This document shows positions 57,866 to 64,000 of a DNA stretch of 64,000 nt, piece after piece. The position numbers and the translations under genes were made by a program. Under the pieces are notes generated by a model, which was not told the DNA's origin, ran no database searches, and saw only the letters and a list, made by a program, of their open reading frames with translations. Source of the DNA: Nitrospirota bacterium (GTDB lineage: Bacteria > Nitrospirota > UBA9217). Each line of letters begins with the position of its first letter. Position 1 is the stretch's first letter. Location of the stretch: positions 1,344,001-1,408,000 of the forward strand of contig OY760142.1 of the NCBI GenBank assembly GCA_963663225.1, in the 5' to 3' direction.

Positions 57866-58408
57866 TTAAGGAGAACCGACGCCCGAAAAATCACCGCCTC
57901 CAGAACTGTACACGGACAGCCACACCGAAGGATCAAGCTGCATATGCAGGGTAACGGTATTGCCTTGCAACGAATACCACGACTGCAGGACCTCTGGAAT
58001 CCCGAATTCCCACGGCCGGTACAGAGGTTTTAATTCGTAGCCGATGGTTTTGCCGGCGTGATCAGGAATTTGTCGGAGCACCGTATTCCAGACCGTGTGC
58101 GCACTGCAATTAATAAAGGTGTTGGCCTCTTCCAGCGCCTGAGGACCCGGGAGCCCTTTTTTTATTTGATACATATTGTCCAGCGCATACACATCAAAGG
58201 CATAGCCGCTTTTTTCATCTGCCAGAACAGCCATATTTTCAATATCTCCGGACGATCTGCAGCCGTACAGTATCAGGGTGTACGTCGCATTGACCTCCGC
58301 AGGATCGGCTGCCTTTGGACGTAATTGTGTCCCTGCCATGCATGCCTGCATGGCGAGAGCCAGAACAAGGCAAATGCCGAATACGAGCATATGTTTTGTT
58401 TTTTTCAT
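57866..58408 (-). CDS. Hypothetical lipoprotein
   Basis: Basic N-terminus, hydrophobic core, MQAC lipobox. Confidence 0.7.
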   Translation of the reverse strand: MKKTKHMLVFGICLVLALAMQACMAGTQLRPKAADPAEVNATYTLILYGCRSSGDIENMAVLADEKSGYAFDVYALDNMYQIKKGLPGPQALEEANTFINCSAHTVWNTVLRQIPDHAGKTIGYELKPLYRPWEFGIPEVLQSWYSLQGNTVTLHMQLDPSVWLSVYSSGGGDFSGVGSP

Positions 58409-58586
58409 GGTGATCATCTCTTTCTTGTCAGAACAAACACCGTCCTTAACGATATTACTTTCCTGTATTATAATTATATCAGACCCTTCGGGTTGAGTTG
58501 TTTACAAAACAGACATTAAAACAGCAAACCCTGAAAGTATTTAAATACATGATAAAATAAAAAAGAGAAGCTGGAAAGGAGAAAAA

Positions 58587-59540
58587 ATGGAAACACGGAA
58601 ACTCGGCAACTCAGATATTGAAATCACCCGCCTCGGATTCGGGGCATGGGCAATCGGCGGATCAGGCTGGGAATATGGCTGGGGAGCGCAGAACGATGGC
58701 GAGTCGATTGCGGCAATTCACCGGGCTCTTGAAATGGGCGTGAACTGGATAGACACGGCGGCGGTGTACGGCCTGGGCCATTCCGAGGAGATAGTGGCGT
58801 GCGCCCTTGCCGGTTGGAAAAACAAGCAGCCGTATGTCTTCACCAAATGCGGGCTGCGCTGGAAGGAACAGGGGAAAGTGTATCAGTCGCTCAATGCCGG
58901 ATCAATACGCAGGGAATGCGAGGACAGTCTGCGACGGCTGCGGATTGACACGATTGATCTCTATCAAATCCACTGGCCGCCCGCAAACAATGGGCAGGAG
59001 CTAGAAGAGGGATGGACGACGCTGGCCGCTCTCCAACGCGAGGGAAAAGTCCGCTGGATCGGGGTCTCCAACTTCGATTCAGAACAGTTAAAGCGCGCGC
59101 AGGCCATCGCTCCGGTGACCTCGCTTCAGCCGCCGTATTCGCTTATCAAGCGAGGCGTCGAAGCCAAAACCCTGCCGTTCTGCTGTGAGCAGGGGATTGG
59201 CGTGATTGTTTACGCACCCATGGCATCCGGGCTGCTGACCGGCGCAATGACGCGCGAACGCGCCGCGAATCTGCCCGCTGATGACTGGAGAAAGCGGGAC
59301 CCTGAATTCAACGAACCAAAGCTGTCACGGAATCTTGTTCTGGTCGAAAAGCTCCGTGAAATAGGAAAACGACATGGGTGTTCAGCAGGTGAAGTCGCGA
59401 TCGCGTGGACGCTGAACAACCCGAACGTAACAGGAGCGATCGTCGGCGCCCGCAGCGCGGCGCAGGTGGAAGGAGTCATGCGAGCCTCGGAGATAACGCT
59501 CTCGAAAGAGGAAATCGCAGAGCTTGAATCCGCCTCTTGA
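58587..59540 (+). CDS. Aldo/keto reductase
   Basis: GFGAWAIGG, IDTAAVYG.G.SE, IDLYQIHWP, IGVSNF, QPPYS. Confidence 0.95.
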   Translation: METRKLGNSDIEITRLGFGAWAIGGSGWEYGWGAQNDGESIAAIHRALEMGVNWIDTAAVYGLGHSEEIVACALAGWKNKQPYVFTKCGLRWKEQGKVYQSLNAGSIRRECEDSLRRLRIDTIDLYQIHWPPANNGQELEEGWTTLAALQREGKVRWIGVSNFDSEQLKRAQAIAPVTSLQPPYSLIKRGVEAKTLPFCCEQGIGVIVYAPMASGLLTGAMTRERAANLPADDWRKRDPEFNEPKLSRNLVLVEKLREIGKRHGCSAGEVAIAWTLNNPNVTGAIVGARSAAQVEGVMRASEITLSKEEIAELESAS

Positions 59541-59581
59541 TGATGAATAAGTGGATTCTTCAGAGCGGTTTAACTCTGTAG

Positions 59582-59612
59582 AAACTCCGGCTGTAAAGGC
59601 CGGAGTTTTTTT
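59582..59612 (+). terminator. Intrinsic terminator
   Basis: AAACTCCGGC-TGTAAAG-GCCGGAGTTTTTTT. Confidence 0.8.
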
Positions 59613-59789
59613 GTTGTTGAGAGAAAAATTTTGATGTGTTTTTCGAAATGTTCTTTCTTCCAGTTGAATGCAAAAAAATGCATTATCCTGTTGCGTATGG
59701 GTAATGTTTATTTCTTGCCATAAGAAGACGATTTGGTATACTCATACCTGATTTTTCTATTATGCCTTCGGCCCATTAAGGAGAGAAAA

Positions 59790-60833
59790 GTGAGAAAGAA
59801 ATCGCACGTGATAGCGGCAGTATCGGCGTTCTGTTTGATTGTTCTCGGCTGCGCTCCACCATCGGTAGTCATTAATCAACTTGTTCCCGGCAATGCACCC
59901 GAAGCGCCGAAACTCAGAAGAGTGGCGGTATTGCCGTTTGACGGTCCTCGCGGAAAGGAAGTGGCGGCTGAGCTGGAGGCGTCCCTGTCAAATATCACGA
60001 TAGACGGTAAACAGTATTTTGAATTTATTGACCGGATGTCGATAGACAAGGTGCTGAAAGAAATGAACCTTTCCATGACCGGCCTGGTTGACGCCACTAC
60101 TGCCGTTAAAGTAGGCAAAATGACCGGCGCGCAGGGAATTTACACAGGCGTAATAACCACCGCCCGCACGAGCGACAACACGTACAGGGAAAACCGGACC
60201 CGCTGCATACGCACCGTCACGAAATATGACAAAAACGGCAAGGCCTACGAAGTCTGCGGCGAGCAGGAGAGTTATTCGGTTCCCTGCATAAACAGGGAGG
60301 CGGTTTTTTCTTTCACGCCGAAGTTGATCAACGTGGAAACGGGCAGAATTGCGTACGCGAACAATCTCGACGGCAAGGCGCAGTCCGCAGCCTGCAGGGA
60401 TGCCGCGACGCCGCTCGTGGATGCCCAGCAGCTTGCAGACCAGGCGAAGAGGACTGCCCTGGAAAAAATAAGAAAGGACATTGCTCCCTACTATGTTCAA
60501 AAAAAAGTAAGGCTCATGGATTCGGATGAGGGGGCAACTGAACCTGCAGCAGAGAAACTCAAAAACGGACTGGATTATGCTGAGAACAACAGATTCGACA
60601 GGGCGTGCGAACTCTGGGGGGAAGCCCGGGTCATCTCCCCCAAGGCGCCTGCCGTTCTGTATAATCTTGGCGTGTGCCGGGAGTCCATGGGAAACTATGA
60701 GGAGGCTCTTGCATTCTATATGGAAGCCGACCGGCAGCTGGGCAAGCCCGACAAACGCATCACCGAAGCACTGAAGAACACGAAGTCTTCCATTGAGAAA
60801 CAGAAAAGGCTCAAGGAACAGATGGGGCGGTGA
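59790..60833 (+). CDS. CsgG/HfaB-like lipoprotein with C-terminal TPR
   Basis: LGC lipobox; RVAVLPF; IDR..IDKVLKE..LS.TG.VD..TAVKVGK..GA; YNLGV..E..G.YE.A TPR. Confidence 0.82.
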   Translation: MRKKSHVIAAVSAFCLIVLGCAPPSVVINQLVPGNAPEAPKLRRVAVLPFDGPRGKEVAAELEASLSNITIDGKQYFEFIDRMSIDKVLKEMNLSMTGLVDATTAVKVGKMTGAQGIYTGVITTARTSDNTYRENRTRCIRTVTKYDKNGKAYEVCGEQESYSVPCINREAVFSFTPKLINVETGRIAYANNLDGKAQSAACRDAATPLVDAQQLADQAKRTALEKIRKDIAPYYVQKKVRLMDSDEGATEPAAEKLKNGLDYAENNRFDRACELWGEARVISPKAPAVLYNLGVCRESMGNYEEALAFYMEADRQLGKPDKRITEALKNTKSSIEKQKRLKEQMGR

Positions 60834-60842
60834 CAAGGAGTA
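60788..60842 (+). repeat. Direct repeat copy 1 (3' end of the CsgG-like gene plus downstream SD)
   Basis: 51 of 55 nt identical to 61696-61750. Confidence 0.9.
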
Positions 60843-60926
60843 CTTCCTAAATCATATAGGAATGGACTACCGAACTCATATACAAGTTACTACTTGTAGT
60901 ATTTTTCACAACTCGCAGGAAAAATT

Positions 60927-61565
60927 ATGTATATGAAAAAACTTTTAATTCTAATAAGCGCTTTATCTGTATTCTCGTCACTGGGTTGTACTGCAATTGG
61001 CTCAAGGGATTACTATGCCGCTTATACGGCAAAAGGAATGGTCCACTGGAAAGATAACAGGGGTATTATATACTCATCAAAAAAACCGGACTCGATAACA
61101 TATTCAAAGGATAATTTTAAGTTAACAATATATACAAACACTTTAGTAGATTCAACGTATGCACTTGGTCCATGCATGCTCATACCCTTACCTGTAATTC
61201 CAGTATTTGGACTTGGTAAAGCCATTTACAGTGGACCGATCAGCGTAAGCTTTGATGTCGAGCAAATCGGCCCTTATCAGTTAATTAAAGCGAATGTACT
61301 GAAAAATAATGAAAATTTTTTACCAATAAATATTGAAACACCTCTTTCTCGCTCTGCTTTTAACCCATTTACGGAAAAAATACAGTTTCCGCTAGATCTG
61401 AATGAGCGAGGGATTTATTTTTATTTAGAATACAACCTATCCGTAACGTCTGTTGACTCTTTTGAACTTGAATTTACAGTGCAGAACAATTCTGGCGTTG
61501 TATTTCTTGAAGATAAAATATCATTTACCCGAGAGAAAACAAATTACTTTATGTGCGTCATGTGA
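60927..61565 (+). CDS. Hypothetical AT-rich lipoprotein
   Basis: MKKLLILISALSVFSSLGC lipobox; markedly lower GC than the core genes. Confidence 0.8.
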   Translation: MYMKKLLILISALSVFSSLGCTAIGSRDYYAAYTAKGMVHWKDNRGIIYSSKKPDSITYSKDNFKLTIYTNTLVDSTYALGPCMLIPLPVIPVFGLGKAIYSGPISVSFDVEQIGPYQLIKANVLKNNENFLPINIETPLSRSAFNPFTEKIQFPLDLNERGIYFYLEYNLSVTSVDSFELEFTVQNNSGVVFLEDKISFTREKTNYFMCVM

Positions 61566-61570
61566 AGTAG

Positions 61571-61690
61571 GTAGGCTGGGTAGAGTAGAGTGAAACCCGA
61601 CAGATTTGATTATGATATCGGTGCTCAGAATATGGGAATCATTAAGACATAAAAGAGTCGTTGGGTTTCACTTCGTTCTACCCAAACTAC
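61571..61690. repeat. GTAG-REP inverted doublet (REPIN-like)
   Basis: GTAGGCTGGGTAGAGTAGAGTGAAACCCGAC ... GTTGGGTTTCACTTCGTTCTACCCAAACTAC; arms 24/31 identical in inverted orientation; 58-nt spacer. Confidence 0.8.
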
Positions 61691-61695
61691 TAACT

Positions 61696-61750
61696 TTCCA
61701 TCGATAAACAGAAAAGGCTCAAGGAGCAGATGGGGCGGTGATAAGGAGTA
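61696..61750 (+). repeat. Direct repeat copy 2
   Basis: ttccatcgataaacagaaaaggctcaaggagcagatggggcggtgataaggagta. Confidence 0.9.
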
Positions 61751-61758
61751 ACCCTTTT

Positions 61759-62190
61759 ATGCCTGGTTCTAAAACACCTAATAAAGTAAAAAAAACAGAA
61801 AAGCCACGTGAAGACTCGGAATACTACCAACCATATTCCGAGTTCGCAAAAAATCTTCGGACGTGGCTTATTGCTTACGGGATAGGAGCGCCGGCATTAA
61901 TTCTATCCAGCAAGTCCGCATGGGATGCAGTGAAAAGCTCCGGTCACTTTGCCCTGATAGGAGTATTGTTTCTTTTGGGCGTGGCATTGCAGCTTATCGA
62001 AGCGTTGCTGTATAAGCATGCGATGTGGCATCTTTATTTCAGCGAGCTCGATGCAGAGCACAAAAAGTCGGGTTGGTACAAAGTCGCGGAATGGTTGTCA
62101 GAAGCGTATCTGCTTGAGTTATCGTTTGATATGATTTCAGTCCTTCTTTTTATTATTGCTACGCTGTTATTGTTCTTGAGTTTTCTCTAA
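61759..62190 (+). CDS. Hypothetical membrane protein (about 3 TM)
   Basis: Uses the AAGGAG inside repeat copy 2 as its SD; hydrophobic segments. Confidence 0.75.
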   Translation: MPGSKTPNKVKKTEKPREDSEYYQPYSEFAKNLRTWLIAYGIGAPALILSSKSAWDAVKSSGHFALIGVLFLLGVALQLIEALLYKHAMWHLYFSELDAEHKKSGWYKVAEWLSEAYLLELSFDMISVLLFIIATLLLFLSFL

Positions 62191-62476
62191 TGCAGGATTG
62201 CTTCCTGTACTTCTTATTTTAATCAGCTACACCGGATTGTATGTTTCATCCCGAAACTGAAAATACTTCCTGAAAAGCTGTCTCAACATCGTTGACAGAG
62301 AACAATAAAAAGCCTATATTCGTAACATAATCTTGCATAAATTAATCAGAAGTCGATACCGCCTAACTATGCACACATTTTGCAGTGTTGAATAAACCTG
62401 TAGATATGCGCGTTAACATACGGAGTCTGCTCAATGACTGGTTGAACCATATAAATAAAATAGGGAGGTACTAAAG

Positions 62477-63352
62477 TTGAGATATTTCGTATCAATCATT
62501 TTACTCCTCAGCACAGTCGTGAGCCAGGCAGCGGACACTAATCCTCATCAGGCTTCATTTCACGATCGTGTTATTGCAGTCTATAGCTTCCTCCCGAGGA
62601 CCCTTGACAACCCAAGACTTGAAGCCAAATCCAAGGAACTGGATGCCTTCTGGGAAGAAGTCAAACGTCGTGGCCCTGTGGGACTTAGCGACCTTCGTAA
62701 AGAGCTTGCGAGAGATGACTTGCCGGTGTTCTTCAATTACGATGGCGCAAAACTACTCTTATCCTTATCGAAGTCACGTCAGGACCGTGTTTTGGCTCTC
62801 GCAGCAATAAGTAAGACTGAATTGCGCGATGTCCAGTGGGCCGATTACTTCTATACAGTGCATTCGCTGGCCATGGACGGATTGGACAGTTCGGAGGCCG
62901 CTTTAAAGATTCTGGGAGAGGACAAATACCAAGTCCTTGTTCCACAGCATGCCCTCACACTTAATCAAGAACTCTGTTTGCTTTATTTACTAATGCCCAC
63001 GGATGAGTCTTTCTACCTGGAAAAAGCTGAAAAACGTCTATTTGAAGAAAAGAGCATTACGGCCCAGAAGAGTCTTCTCGGTTTGCTAGGATATTCGGTA
63101 ACACTACGCGGTGACGCTGCGATAGCGCGTTTCGCATCAGACTCGAAGCAGCCTGATGAAGCGCGTACTTACGCAACTAAGATTATCTCGGCCACAAAGT
63201 CTATGGGTTGTGGGTCGATAGTAGGTCTTTCTTTCATCTCCTATACGTCTCTCAAAGAGGATCAGCGTAACCTTTTCGGCCGTGTGAGTGACGAAGCCTT
63301 GTATGATATTAGGCGCGTACAATTAAAGCTTCGCTGTAAAGGTGCTAAATAG
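62477..63352 (+). CDS. Hypothetical secreted protein
   Basis: GGGAGG SD, TTG start, signal peptide, 291 aa. Confidence 0.78.
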   Translation: MRYFVSIILLLSTVVSQAADTNPHQASFHDRVIAVYSFLPRTLDNPRLEAKSKELDAFWEEVKRRGPVGLSDLRKELARDDLPVFFNYDGAKLLLSLSKSRQDRVLALAAISKTELRDVQWADYFYTVHSLAMDGLDSSEAALKILGEDKYQVLVPQHALTLNQELCLLYLLMPTDESFYLEKAEKRLFEEKSITAQKSLLGLLGYSVTLRGDAAIARFASDSKQPDEARTYATKIISATKSMGCGSIVGLSFISYTSLKEDQRNLFGRVSDEALYDIRRVQLKLRCKGAK

Positions 63353-63380
63353 AATAAGGTCCAACAAAACAATCCAGTAG

Positions 63381-63553
63381 GTAGGTTGGGCTGAACGTTC
63401 TTTGTGAAGCCCAACGAATACATGATGCTGTGAACTCTTACATATAACCATGCGCTATCGAAGGGCAAATACACCCGGAGCAATATACTTTTCACAATGG
63501 TATCGGAAACGAATAAAAACCTGTTGGGCTTCAGAATATTCAGCCCAACCTAC
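63381..63553. repeat. GTAG-REP inverted doublet (REPIN-like)
   Basis: GTAGGTTGGGCTGAACGTTCTTTGTGAAGCCCAAC ... GTTGGGCTTCAGAATATTCAGCCCAACCTAC; 107-nt spacer. Confidence 0.82.
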
Positions 63554-63848
63554 GTTACTTTTTCCTGTAAGTCGCAATCTGCAACGGATCGTCGAGATGC
63601 ACAGTACTACTGATATCGTGTAAAATGATATGGAAAAAAAAGAGGAAAAATCTGGCAGTTTTTATGTTGAGGTACAAGACAAAAGGAAAATATGTTTTCC
63701 TAGAAGATGCATAGTGTGTGGAAAAAATGTGGATAATTCTATGATTGAATTTCCAAGTAACCCCGTTGGTTTTTTTGGTGGCTTTATATGGCAACTAGGT
63801 TTAAGCAAAAAAATATCCATTCCAGCTCATAGGGCATGCGGTTTAAGA

Positions 63849-64000
63849 TTGAAGAGGAACAATTTATTTAGAAATATATCATTGTTTTCTCTAGCCACAA
63901 TTACGTTAGTTATTGGTATTTATCTTGATTTAAGTCGATGGCAAGTATATGGGTTGCTACTCGTTCTTTTGATTCCACCCGTATATTGGCAGGAGAAAAA
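63849..64000 (+). CDS. Possible AT-rich membrane protein, running off the window end
   Basis: Open hydrophobic frame (M)KRNNLFRNISLFSLATITLVIGIYLDLSRWQVYGLLLVLLIPPVYWQEK; no clear SD. Confidence 0.35.
   Translation, partial: MKRNNLFRNISLFSLATITLVIGIYLDLSRWQVYGLLLVLLIPPVYWQEK

Noticed and set aside
59582-59612. Hairpin as an IS200/IS605 end
   Set aside because: No tnpA/tnpB nearby; position and T-tract fit a simple terminator
5498-60836. Long antisense or alternate-frame ORFs (e.g. 7104..8000, 22246..23250, 27465..28469, 37426..38391, 45750..46745, 59988..60836)
   Set aside because: They overlap well-supported genes and show no motifs; expected from codon bias
63555-63794. 79-aa minus-strand ORF abutting the REP
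   Set aside because: AT-rich, no SD and no motifs; cannot be supported as a gene
1-64000. CRISPR array, rRNA, transposase, integrase or prophage genes
   Set aside because: No regularly spaced repeats and no recognisable Cas, DDE/HUH, recombinase or phage motifs in any ORF

Overview
This is a mostly housekeeping bacterial window of roughly mid GC. Gene content suggests Nitrospirota or a Desulfobacterota-like anaerobe, but that is inference only. Housekeeping blocks: dusB, ffh-rpsP-rimM-trmD-rplS-rnhB-yraN, rimO-rpsA, and ispE-spoVG-tRNA-Gln-prs-rplY-pth-ychF. Four accessory regions stand out. (1) 46.8-55.9 kb, minus strand, is the best candidate for an undescribed system. A sigma70 promoter drives a 32-aa Cys-Cys-Cys peptide ORF with a perfect Shine-Dalgarno, which is below the ORF-track cutoff. 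It is followed by a hairpin, a PhcB-like SAM methyltransferase, FabG, a catalytically dead KS (chain-length-factor-like), FabZ, an active KS, an ACP, a CrtI-like FAD oxidoreductase and a multi-TM hybrid histidine kinase carrying a 1-nt frameshift. It reads as a self-contained lipid or lipopeptide signal synthesis-and-sensing module. (2) 34.3-46.7 kb is a nitrogen island. Two head-to-head genes share a degenerate KaiC/RecA-like domain; one is fused to a truncated PEP-synthase-like dikinase and the other to XRE-cupin. They precede gdhA, nrpR and a split glutamate synthase, and a GGCAA-N4-TTGCC motif recurs at two promoters. (3) 13.4-16.1 kb holds AT-richer genes separated by degenerate integron attC sites, with no integrase in the window. 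(4) 60.8-64 kb holds AT-rich orphan genes interleaved with GTAG-REP doublets and a 55-bp duplication of a gene 3' end. All family assignments come from motif recognition by eye; no database searches were run.
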